From: Raillietiella orientalis | Lineage: Eukaryota | DNA: 64,000 nt | Reading direction: 5' to 3' | Assembly: GCA_036172245.1 (NCBI GenBank) | Contig: JAYWIR010000007.1 | Location: 3,720,001-3,784,000, forward strand | In this document: in pieces, positions 1 through 32,600 of the stretch | Layout: each line of letters opens with the position of its first letter | How positions within the stretch are numbered: the stretch's first letter is position 1 | Notes under the pieces: model-generated | Databases searched by the model: none | What the model was told of the DNA's origin: nothing | What the model saw: only the letters and a program-made list of their open reading frames with translations | Position numbers and translations under genes: made by a program

Positions 1-691
1 TCTTTCTTTTGAGGTTTTCCGTGCTGACCGACCTTTTCAAGATTAGCTGGTTCAAAAGCCTTGATGACCACAAGGAGATATTAAAGAACGAGATAGCAGC
101 AGCTGCTCCCTCCCTTTTCGGCTTCCTTCTTGGATGAATTGCATCGAGAGCCGATTGATGCCGTCTTCCTCGGCAGAGCTCAGAAGTGAACCTTGGAACG
201 ACGGTCTTTGTAGGAGAAAAAGTAGCAACGCCATCCCGAAACGGTCCCTCTGTGGTGCATGGTATGGTTCGAGACTCAACCGCCTGGCTCTCTTCTGCTG
301 ACAGACTGCGGGAAGTGGTCTAGCAGCTGTGGTCTAGACCTGCGCAGAGGATGGGTCGGTAGATATTTGCGAACTGTCTTCTCTACCGATCCTCTTGTTG
401 CCTGGAGCCGTCCTCCGGTTTCTTCCCCTCACCCTTGACTTTCTTGAATAAGTGATTTCTCGCGCCCACCAAAGACATTTTCGGAGTCGGAGGAAGCACA
501 CCCTGGCGGAGAGAGGTGGTCCGAGAAGCGTGCGCAATGACATTCCATTTCCTGAGACCGCCTTCTCGGCCAAATGCAAAAAGTTCGGCGTGCCCTTCGT
601 TTCCTCCCTCCTTGCCTTCTGCGCAAGGAAGCGGCAAACACAGCCATCTCCTGCCATGAGGTTTTCTGAGTTGTTGTGTTTACCTCCGTAG

Positions 692-21180
<20,489 letters not shown>

Positions 21181-21270
21181 AGCCTCGCACCCTCCCCCTC
21201 TTCTCCCTGCTGTCCTCCTCCTCGCACCGAAAAGTGGCTTGCAGCATGTGAAAGTGCGCGAATGGCAAAG

Positions 21271-21276
21271 AATAAA
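21271..21276 (+). terminator. Candidate polyadenylation signal of twitchin
   Basis: AATAAA about 90 nt after the stop codon, in a short A-rich island. Confidence 0.6.
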
Positions 21277-23627
21277 AAATGGAAAAAAAAAGATGAAAAA
21301 ATCCAAAAAAAAGAACCACATATGGTCTCGGAAACTTCTTGCTGCCATTCCCTTTTTATTCTAAGGACATGAAGGGGTGAATAGAGGAGAAGGGGATGGA
21401 TGAGTCTCTAGCGACGGTGGGGACCGGTGGCCCCCTCCACAAGTAGAGGCAACTCCATGCAGGAGACCGCCAGCATGAGGCTCGCATCCCGATCTCCTCC
21501 CCCCAGGGTGCGCCTGCTGCCTTCCCCTCGAAATGCTGCATCCTGAAAAGGAAGACGTGCAAGCAAAAGGCGAGGCCACGAGATTTCGCGGCACACCAGC
21601 GGAGAACGCAGCCGGAGGCTACCTTCGGGGATACAGGCAAAACGAACCCAGGAGAAAGATCGGGGCAGCAAGAGGTCCTCGTTCCCACCGTCTCGCAGAA
21701 CGAACCGAAAGCACCGGATGGAGGCGGGTGGAGGCGTAGCCTCCTTTCCAGCCCGCCCACCCCCTTCCGGAGGGCAGAAGGGATCCTGGAATTGCTATCG
21801 TTCAGGGTGCCGGAGTAGGCTAGGGATCTAGGGACCTTGACCAGCTTCCGCATGGCTTTCCTGAGGGCGCGTCTGCCCACTCAGCAGGAAGACGGAAGCG
21901 AGAAGGTTGGCAAGCTCACGGTATCCACGATCCCTCCTCCAAAAGAAGAGGCCACTGCTTCGTGCCTCCTACTGACTCACTCCACGGACACCAGTTTTCT
22001 GGAGGAAAAAGCGGACCCTGGGAGTGAAGACGCCTTCCCCTCCTCTCGGCATGGCGGCATGTCTCCAGGACTGCAGGCAAGACATTGCGGATTTATTCAA
22101 TCAGGAGGGACACGTTCCAGGAACGCCCTGAGGAGGCCCTCCTTGCGCCTCTTGTGAAAGGGCGATAGGACTTTCATGAAGGGGTCCTCTTTGAACTCAA
22201 CGGGTGGTGAGATGAGGCGAGGAAGTCGGCTGACCAGGAAGCAAAGAGAAGAGGTACCAGGGGCCATGGAGCCCCTCTTGAGTTCCTGGGGCCGCTCTCC
22301 ACGGACTGCAGGACCAGGGGCGAGTCAGAGGCGACTTTCCGGCCTTGCACGGTGCGGATCAGCGAGACGGACAGGGATCCTAGCCTCCACGAAGAAGAGC
22401 GCAGACTGTAGTATGGGAACTTCAAGAGGGGTTGGTCCCAGGCACAGACCAGACGTAGGAGGCGCTACCGTACACGACCTTCAGTGTTGCTGATTCTGCG
22501 AGCAGCTCCAGTTCCGCGGTGGTCTGTCGCTTCCCCTTGGTTCCCTTATTCCGGTACCGGATTGTGACATGGGTGACCGTCAGCTGCAGCTTGGAGGTCA
22601 CCCTCACCCGGTTCCGCACGCTCAGTTACTTTCTCCGCTCGGATCTCTCATCCAGAATCTGCAGCTGATTCTGTTCGGCGAGCTCCGTCAGCTGCTTGTT
22701 GCTGGCGTGGCGGCTGCAGCAGCGACGCTTTCTCTCCGCACGGGCTGACCTCCGCGTTCTCGAATTGGCCATTTGGCACCGGAGCCGGAGGATGAGGAGC
22801 CTCTTCGATTCCCTTCCCCTGCCCTTCCATGCGTGCCTCTCGAGCATGCTACTCCCTCCCCTCCTCTTCCTCGCCATTTGCCCCCGTCCGACCAGTGGTT
22901 CTTCTAGCTTGTCTTAGAGCTAACGAAGTACTGCCTGGAGGAGAATAAAAGGAAGCAAGGAGAGCAGTGGAACTCGTCTTCGTGAGTTGTTTTTCTCTCC
23001 CCCACGAAACAACTAGAATCTCCTCCGCCCTCTTAGGGGACCTCGCGCACCGAGACCTACAAGTAGGGACCACGACGGAGACCCCGGGTCTGTGGTGCAT
23101 CCGGACGTAGGGCAGCGGTGCTTTCGGACGCAAGGAAGCGGTGCTTCCGCGTCTTCTTCACTGGGAGAAACATCAGGAGAAGAGGAGGAATAGGAGCAAC
23201 AGAAAGAGCGGCGCTCACGAGTATCACCGAGGCATCCACGGCCACCTCCGTCGGTGATGGTTCCTCCCCTCGCCTGCGCCATCCCTATGCAGCCCCTGAC
23301 ATCCCCACACCCTTCCCTTATGGACCCGAAAATTCAGCAGCGTGCTCACAGCCGGCGCCGACTCTTCTGGATCAATAGGACCTTTTATGCACGAGCAAGA
23401 ACACAGGATGACTTTTCTAGCTTAGAACAGGACACGCCTGCACGCGGGTCTCCCCTTCCGAGGGGACGTGCCCGCTTGCAAGACATGGGACACGAGAACG
23501 ACAAAGAGGGCTGGAAGACTGGGTGTGGCAACGGAAAGTGCACTTTTTGCTGGGATGGAAGACTTTTGGGCGCTACTCCCGAAACCCCCGCGAAAGTTGG
23601 CCCGGGAGTGCCGGGAAAACCATCGTC

Positions 23628-26600
23628 TCAAAGAGCATCCATCTGGATGTTGTCGACAGCCCCGACATCCTTCCGCAGCTTCTGGATGTCCACGTCCGGA
23701 TGCAGAAGTGCCTTTAGTTTCTGAAACGACACGCGCGGATGAGGAAGCAACCAAGGCGGGGATGAGGAGAGGAGGAGCATCGGTCTTGGGAGTAGACGGG
23801 GTTGATTAGGAGAATGGAAGGAAGCAGAATGGTCCGCTCAGATGCGCTGTTCTCTCTTGAAGAGCGACTTTCAGCTCTGGAAGAGAACTGGGGGAAACTG
23901 GAGAGGGCGGTGTAGGCCGGCTACCCCGGATGGCGAGAGGACACGCACTCCGGCCTCAACCCTCGTTCCCTCCACCCGAAGGCGACTCGCCCCGCCTTTT
24001 GATTCCTCCCTTCCGGAGAAGGCCAGCAGCGAGAGCTCTTCCGTGACCCCTCGGGAGCTCCAGCTCACAAATCGAAACCCCCCCACGGAATGGAAAGCCG
24101 CCAGCATCTTGCCGAATCTCTCTCGCCTAGGATGAGCTCTATCCTTCGATTCCATCTGCATCGCCTTCCCGGTTCTCTCCTCATTTCCACCCCTCCTGCG
24201 GGTTGAGGCTGTCCATCATCATCATCTCGGCTTCCACGTTCAGGGGGAAGATGTGTAGATTCCCACGTTCCCGCATCCGGAGAACGCCCCCTTCACGCCT
24301 TTGGGGTCTTCAGAGCCTCCGAAATTGGGACTCCCCGCGGTCTTGTACCAGCACTTCTTCCTCATCCCGTGAAGAATTTGTCCCCGTTCCCTCCCTAGCG
24401 TGCCTCCTCGCCTCCCTTATCTTCTTCCCTCTGCGGACCCTTTAATCATTCTTCCGGTCTGAGAAACCTCGAAAAGGGGCCCTCATCTTCTGGCATGTGA
24501 GAGGCGGAAGTTCGCTGAAGCGGAAAAGGCATGTCTGGCACAGGGGATCGGGAATGATACTTCTGGAACTTGCCTCTCGCTCGCTGGAAAATTGCTCCTT
24601 TGTGAGCTTCACTGAGTTCCTGAATCTCCTCCGCTCTCCAGATCCCGGGATCGCTGATAAGGAACTTGGACAAGGTGAACGTCTCTGAGTTTCCTCATCT
24701 TTTAGGCCCCATTTGACTCCAGCTTCCCTCTAAGGAGCTTCCAGACCACGGAGTCTTCTCTGATTTTCACGGGGCTGTGCCTGGTGCCCGTGCCTGAGGT
24801 CTCTTCTTCAGTCCCTCGAGGAAAAGAGCTACTACGATGGCTCCCGAAAGATCGTGGAGCTAGCCGGAACGATGTAACCAAGGTAACGGATCGGAACGCT
24901 CACAGAGGGAAGGAAAAAACAGCCCACGTCACCATTGTCTCATAGGGTAACACGCGATTCAGGGATTTGCACGTTGCTTCCCGAACGATCTCTGCTTCCT
25001 TGAAGGATTTTTGAGCCCTCGGACCTACCAGAGCAGGCACTTGGTTCTGTGATCACAGTCCAGCTCCTTCTGTTAAGCAGACTGTTGCCTAGAAGGATCC
25101 CTGTTTCCGGAAACCACCTCATCCCTGGATGCGAACGCCTCTTGCAGTTCTCCCCACGTGTATCGTTCCTCGGATGTGAGTGAAGCTCTGGGGAACACGG
25201 GAGAGGTGGTGCTTCGGAAGAGAGCGACATCCCCCCCACTGGCAAGGGAAAACTCGCCTGAAAAGGGATCTCTACTGAAAGAGCACGAGGGACCCCCTGT
25301 CTCCGACTCCCTCTGGGAAGATTCGCGTCGCGTGGGAAAAGCGGACGGACTGAAGGGCGGGCAGCCGCACGATGAAGGAAGCTGAAGCAGTGACCTCCTT
25401 CCTGCTAGGGTCCCAATCGGGCTGACATTGTGTGAACAGGACAAGAGGAAGGGGAGGCCTCGGCCCCGCTGTCTACCCGAATCACACCAAACCAAGGGCC
25501 AACCGAGAGGCGGAAGAAGGCGGTGGAAGCGAAGGAGGGTTTTTGAACAGCCCGTGGACCCGAGGTCGTCTGTAGGCAATGAGCGCCCTACTCTCTATTC
25601 GCGCCTGGATACCTGCAGAGGCATCCCCGAGGCTTTCTTGACATACGGCTGTCCACCTCCAGTATGGGGTCACAGCTTTCCTGAAGCTGGAATGAGCCAG
25701 TCTGGAAAGGCGCTCGTGCAGCGCATAGATGCTCCGTATGAACCCCCGATGGGACGATTGTTTCGAAGTTGCGGTTCCCCTCGTAGCACGCGCGGATGTC
25801 CAGGAGGGAAGCTGCGTTTCCAGGAGGCCCGGACCAGAACTCGTCGAAGACTCCGGAGCAACCTGTTTCTCCTTTCCCTTCCCATGCAGACCAGCAGCCA
25901 GAACCTGCCTGCTCTCTTGACCCCTTTCCGACTGCGGTCGAAACGACATCGGGGGCGTAAAACCCGACAACGGAAAGATGCGGTGGAGGTGACCAAAGGT
26001 CAAAGGAGGCAAGGAGCGGGTGAAAGAAGGAATTCCGGAGAGACTCGACCTGCAGCAGGGCTGAAAGGGAACCTCGCAATGAACCTGGTTCGTGGATAAG
26101 CATTCAGCTCTGGTCCTTTCCGTATAAGGAAGGGTGGTTCGGTCCTTAGGGGGGAAGACTCAAGAGGCCACGCATCGGAATGGGGAACGGGGAACCTCCC
26201 CCCAATCGCGGGCCTCGCGGCTGGAGAAAAAGGAGTCCCCGAATTCCAGTGGGAGCGATGAGGGTGTTCCCCGTAGATGGAGCGAGGGAGAGCTCCTTCC
26301 TCACCTCCTTGAACGAGGGCGCTGAGGTGACCGCGAACTTGTACGCCATGTACAGAGGGATGCATAGCATCGACGAAGCGGCCATCAGGGCACCAATGAA
26401 GTGGCCCCACCAAGGGTATTCCGTGTTGTTGTAGGTCACTGGCTTGAAAGTCACTGCGTTGAAAACGAACACTCCCTGCGGCAGCATGAGGACAAGGCCG
26501 ACACGAAGAGTCAGAGGACACTCACGACACAGATCGCCGGGCACAGCACCACCCAGCAGAACTTCCACCACTTTATCGGATAGTACCCGATCATCTCCTT

Positions 26601-29600
26601 GATGTTGTCGTAGAAACGGTTGATCCCGTAGCCCCAGGAAATGGCTATGCATTCGAAGAAGATCAGGAACAGCAGGCACATCCCGGAAGCGGCGTAGTCA
26701 TCCATCAGCTGGAACACGTACACTCCTCCCTGGAAGACAAAATTGGGGTCAAGATCAGCCAGATCCGGAAAAAAAATAGAACCCCGATGTGCACACCGCG
26801 GATGCAGGACTTTTGACCCGCTCGGAACGGAGCACCCCGGCTGGAGGACTCCTTCCTTCTATGGCAATTGAACAGGGGAAGCATGGCAGTGATGCACCCC
26901 GGACGAGACTCCGGCAGGCAGGCAAAAGTCCATCCCGGTCCAGAAGCCGCAAGACACTCGCAGTCGCTTAGCAACGATACCAACAAAGTCGTAGGGGAGA
27001 GGGTGTCCTCTCTAGAGCTATCATCCTCGGCCTCCCTGCCTTCTCTGGCTGGCTCTTTGAGTGGTGGGAGCGCAGGTGCCGGGAGGAGGACAGGAGAGAA
27101 GAGGAAGCAAACAGCGGTGGCTGTTGATGATGATAATGATGCGCCCTGCGAATCTTCAGCCCACGACTGGTCTCCTCGACTCATCGCATCCCAGATTTTC
27201 GTTTGTGACGCTCTCTCTGCCCATTCTATGCATTTCTTCTCTCTGTTTTTCTTCTGTTTCCTCGCTCTTCCCCACTCCGCCCTCGTCCTGGCCGAGGCTG
27301 CAGCGCATCCGGAAGCACTCAGCAATCTCCAGACAGCATCCTGAGCTCTTTCTCTCCCGAACAAGCGACCTACATCTTCCCGAGAGAAGGGAGGTTAGCA
27401 TTCTGGCATCTCCGAGCATCTGGCTGCTTCCTCAAAGTCCACGTGCGTGGGGAACTTTGCGTGCGTCCGACCACCGGAGTATCGCGGTCTCCTGCGACGG
27501 ACCCGCCTTCCCCGGCTCCATCGCAGAGACGAGTCCATTAGGAAGAACGGACGGACGACTCGGAACAGAACGGGAGACAACAGCGACGACGGTGAGGATG
27601 GAGAGAGGGTAGGGGAAATTGCCAGGGGCGGACACCGGAAGAAGAACACTTTTTCATGGTGTCATGGGAACGGCAGAGTGCACTAGCCTTGCCTCGAGGC
27701 TAACATCGAGCCGTCGGATCCTTTCTGATGAGTTGCCTACTCGCCGCACCGGAGCTGAGAGGATCGATCGCATCAGGCGACCTCCAGAAAAGGTGGGGAG
27801 GAGGAAGAGAGGACGGAGAAAGAAGCTGAGCACCTTCATGGTTCTCTCCTTGAGGAAAGACGCCGAGTTGCGAGCCTCCCCTCCGAGAAAGTGCTCCCCG
27901 AAATCTGGGGCTAGGAAGATGCCGAGGACCTACTTTCCTCTTTCCGACCCTGAGGGGCAGACTCCGTACCTGAGTGATGCAGCATAGACCGACTAGGTAG
28001 GACAGCAGACAGGTGATTGCAATGAATGACTTCTTCCTGGGTCTCAGCAGATGGGGCCACTCGTCCACGACGGCGGTGATGAAGCCCTCCAGCGTGCAGA
28101 ACTGAACATCCCCTTAGTTGGTGTCCGTTTCCCCCCCCCCTTCTCGCCCCATACCTGGGAGTCGAGTCCAAGGAGGAATAGCATGAAGAAAAAAAGAACG
28201 GCCCATATGGGTGCTGCTGGCATCTCCAGAATGGCAGTTGGATACACTAGGAAGATGAGCCCGGGACCTGCGTGAATAGGCAAGCGTTACGGCAAAATAT
28301 TTAAAAGTTGCGGGGGAGGCAGAGTAAAGGCAAACATGCGTTCGGAACGTGCAAGCAGAGAGGACCCGATCGGCTACGCATCAACGGCGTTAGCGACTGC
28401 AGGACCCGTGGGGACTCTTCCGAGCACAGCGCGACAAGGTCCCCACGGAGCACGCGAAAGTACCCTCCAAGTGTGGACCGAAAAGCAGCGGAGGTTCAGC
28501 GCGACATGTGCGGCGGCGACCGGGTCTCGTTCTCTTGTTCTGCCTGGCCCGAAGTCTTCCGGCTACGGTCTCTCATGATGCTTGATAGCATTCTTCCCAC
28601 ACCACCTGGGAGACAAACTCCATGAAGATGGCCACTCTGACCTTGCCCTGAGGGGATTTCGGGAAACACAGGGGCACCCCCTGTTGGCGAGAGGAGGACA
28701 GCAACGCAGCAGTCTCTCACTGCTGGAGAACAGAATTCGTCGCTTCCTTGTCGAAGACGAGCGTCCCCCTTTCGGCATTCGAAGCAGTCAGAGGCGCTCG
28801 AGTGAAGCAAGCGCTCCGAAGGGCAGCCGACTCCGCGCCAAGGCCAGAAGAATGAAAGTGCGAGGAACAAAGATGGCGGCGACTTCCGTTACACGCGAGA
28901 ACTCGGTTTTCCGTTGGCGCTTTTTCGCTTTTTCGTTTTTCGCGGGCGCTGGACAGGGAGCATCATCGAGGCGCCTCGACCGTCACGAACGTGAAGGAGA
29001 CTTCAGGGACCTCCCCAGTCCCCCCTCCCATGACGTGTGACACCTGCCGTGTTTTCAGTCAAGCGTCTGAAGCAAGCGAGGATTTCGCCATGCGAAAGGA
29101 AGCCCAACGGCCTCAGCAAGCTGAAGATTCTCTTGAGGATGTCCACTCGAAGGACCTTGGCGATCCGGAAGTGATGCTGTGGAATTCTTGAGACGCGGAC
29201 TTTTTTTTTTTGGCTTCGGGAAAAAGTGGATCTCGTGGATGACTGCCTGCCTGGGTAAAGATGCTTCCCTTCGATGATGGAGATGATGAGATGAGATGAG
29301 AACGGACGGGAATACGACGACTTTCTGGAACAGCATTCTTGCGATGGACCGTTCCGTGGATGAGTGAACCGTTTCCCAGCTGGAAATCCCAGCTGGTTGC
29401 TCCGCAAGGTGCGTTTGCTGTGGATGTCTCTTCCTCCGGCCCTGCCTCGAGGACGGCCCCACGATGAACAGAGAGAGGACTTTCGAGGGATCCCTTTCTC
29501 CGCAGAATTCTTGCACGAAAGTTCCTGATTCCTCGAAGCGTCCATACAGGGGACATCTTTCCAAGAGCAGTCTGTATCTGCGAAGAGGACACGCAGGAGA

Positions 29601-32600
29601 AAGCAGGGAAAAGTTTTCAACTAGGAATAATAGCGCCTCAGTAGCCTTCCTCGGCTAAGATATTGCCCGTGCGCAAGGCAGGAAAAAGAGGAAAAGGTTC
29701 CTTGATCAAAGAAACGATGGTTGCTGGAGACGGTATTCAAGAGACCGAGAAAACCAGGTCTCATCGAGCGAAATGCTCCCGGAACTGCCAATTGATGCAA
29801 AAAGGAGATGATCACTGGACAGCGGCTATTTGGTTCCCTGAAAGGAATCGACGGCATCTCTGGCACGTCTTCCGCCAGATGCTTCGGCCGCGTGGAGCCA
29901 AGGTGCCATTTGCATCCGAGCTAGAGCAGACAAAGCAGAGGGAGAGGAAGAGGGCGAGGAACGGGTTGGCACGAATTCCCTTAAAGGAACGGAAGCAGCG
30001 TGGTCCAGCGCTAACCTCTGGAGCACAATGCCTTCCTTCCTTACCTTTCTCGGCCACATCGGCCACCGACTTGCCCTGCGCTTGAGCCATGAAACCAAGA
30101 ACGGAGAATATGACGAACCCGGCGAAGAAGCTTGTGCAGGAGTTGACACCGCAGACCAGGAGGGCGTCTCTTGAAGATGGGCAATGAAACAGACCGGGAA
30201 ACGCGATGGCCTTACTTGTAGATGTTGTTGTGGAAACGGTTGTAACTGCCCAAGGCGACGATGGCCCCCAGAGCCAGGCCGTACGAGAAAAAGATCTGCG
30301 TCACTGCGTTGATCCAGACCTGGAAAACAAGACGCTGAGGTTCTTCTTCGACCTCCTGCCGAAGACGACCCTGGCCTCTTCCCTACTAGACCGGAGACAA
30401 TTCGAACGGCCTCCGAACAAGCGAACAACGCGGCTCGTCCGATGGACGGCCGGCAGGCGCCGTCCCGGAACCAAGGTCACGCGCGTCACAGATGCTGTAT
30501 CCCCCACACCGAGCATCCCAGGCGTCACTCCTGTCGGAGCCCGCTCCAGAGATTCCCGAAAGGAGTCGAAAGCAGTTCCCAGTGAGTTTGTTCGGGAAGG
30601 GTCGCTTCCCCTATATCTAGAGTCCCCAGGGCTTTCCGGAACGCCGGGCGACGCATAGGCAGGGACACGTCCTCGTCACGGCGCAGGCGGCAGTTCACCC
30701 GTCCTTGGGTGGGAAGGAGGAAGGGAGAGAAGAAGGAAGCGGCAGAGCGGACCCGGGTGCGGTCAGATGGGGAAGAGTGAAACGCGGTCCTTCAGGGAGA
30801 GCCAGGACCCACCTGAGCCTCCGCCAGCTTGTTTATGTTGGGAACTAGGTAGAACCAGATTCCGTTAGCCGCTCCTGGGAGGGTAACTCCCCTTATGAGG
30901 AGGATGGACATCAGGACGTACGGGAACAGGGACGTGAAGTAGACGACCTGGAAAGGAGGGATGGCTCTGATTCCCGCGGCGGCGACAGCAAACTAGTGAG
31001 AGCACTGCGGGCGGGAACCCGCGGAGGGGAATCAGGGAACCACTCGGGCACTCCTTTGCCTTAAAGCTCCTCCGGAAACGGGTTCTCAGGAGGGTAGGAG
31101 AGACGGGAAAGCCTCTTCCTCCCCCTTGGAAGCTTTCCCGAGGAACGTCTAGTTGCCCCCTCGGAAGACGAGAGAGATCGGGAAGACGTCTAGGCTTCCC
31201 CCTCCCCCGTTTTCCAGAGGAAAGTGATCCAGCAGAAAATGGGGAGCCTCCAAGAGGGAGATCTACCTGGAGGCTGCCTTTGGGGATCACCACAGGAGGA
31301 GGGGATCTGGGATGGAGGGGCTAGGCATGGACTCTAGGGGGGTCGTCTCCCAGTGAGAGAAGCGACTCTCAGGGGAGGAGTTACCTTTCCTGTCCACTTG
31401 ACCCCTTTCCAGATGCAGAAGTAGCAGACGAGCCACACGAATCCCAAGGTGAGGGCGATCTCCCACTGCACGGCGCCCACCTCCTCCAGCCCGGAGCTCA
31501 TGTTGAGGATCCGCCGCCTGCAACGGGAAGACGCGCCTTGAGGTGGCTCCTCGAGGAGGCGCCTTGAAGTTCTCTTCTGCGGAAAGGGAGGGTCTCGGAT
31601 TCACGGAGATGCGTCTTTCTCCCCCTCCCAAGTTGCCTTCCTCCCTCGCGGAGGGAGCCTTTCGGGACGCCGGGAGAGCTCCTGGATCCTTCTCAATCCC
31701 AAAGCGAAGCTGGGAAGATCCTGGGCTCTCCTCGTTGAGTTGGGGAAGGGGAGGGACTCGCCACGAGAGCCGAGGGACGTTGTTCTTATCTGCTTTATTC
31801 TAGAGGCCGTGTCCGCGGAGCGCATTCCGCGGACCTTCCGTGGATCCTTCGAGCACTCAAGATCGCGGCAAGGAGGCCGTGAGAGGCTGGTGGCCCGTCT
31901 CGTTGCCAGGAAACGATCCTTCAGGGTTCCAGGAGGAGCTTCTTTCTTCCCTCGATCCCCTTTTGCTCCCTCGGACTCGCCTGCTTTCTACTTCTCGATG
32001 CGCTCAGATGCTCTCCGCAGCCAGGGGTCCCGGAAGGCTCTCTCATGATGCGCTCCCCTTGGAAGTTTCGTCGGGTGGCAGTCGGGTGGCGGAAGCAGGA
32101 GAATGCAGGATGTTACTCTCCCGGATCCCCGGGAGAAAGCCTCCCGAGGAAGGATGGCATGCGCTCCCTCGCGATCTACGGGAGGCAAGCGAGTGTCTGC
32201 TCCCAACAGGCGGTCCTGTGGGATCACTCCTTCCGCTCCCTGCGACTCCTTCGCCATCGGCCGCCTCTGAGCGCTCCCGTATCGCTCTTGGGACATCGGA
32301 GCCGTGTCTTGCGCTAGCTGGCTCTCTGCAATACCCTTCCTGCCCCACCCCAAAGCCCCGTCCCTCCAGGTGGTTCGGTAAGAGAAAGAGCCGTGCGCAC
32401 CGTGGAAGCGGGGAAGACACGGGATTGGGTGAGGGAGGAAGAAGCGGCAGCGAACCTCCCCCCTCCTTCCTGCCCGTCCTTGCCCTGAGATAACAAGCAT
32501 GACAAGGGGGGCGCAGGTGACGGGGGCACATACGCACGTGCGCGGAACTCACTCCCAGAACTCCTTGACGTTGTCCTTGAGGTCTTCCCAGCGCAGGGTG

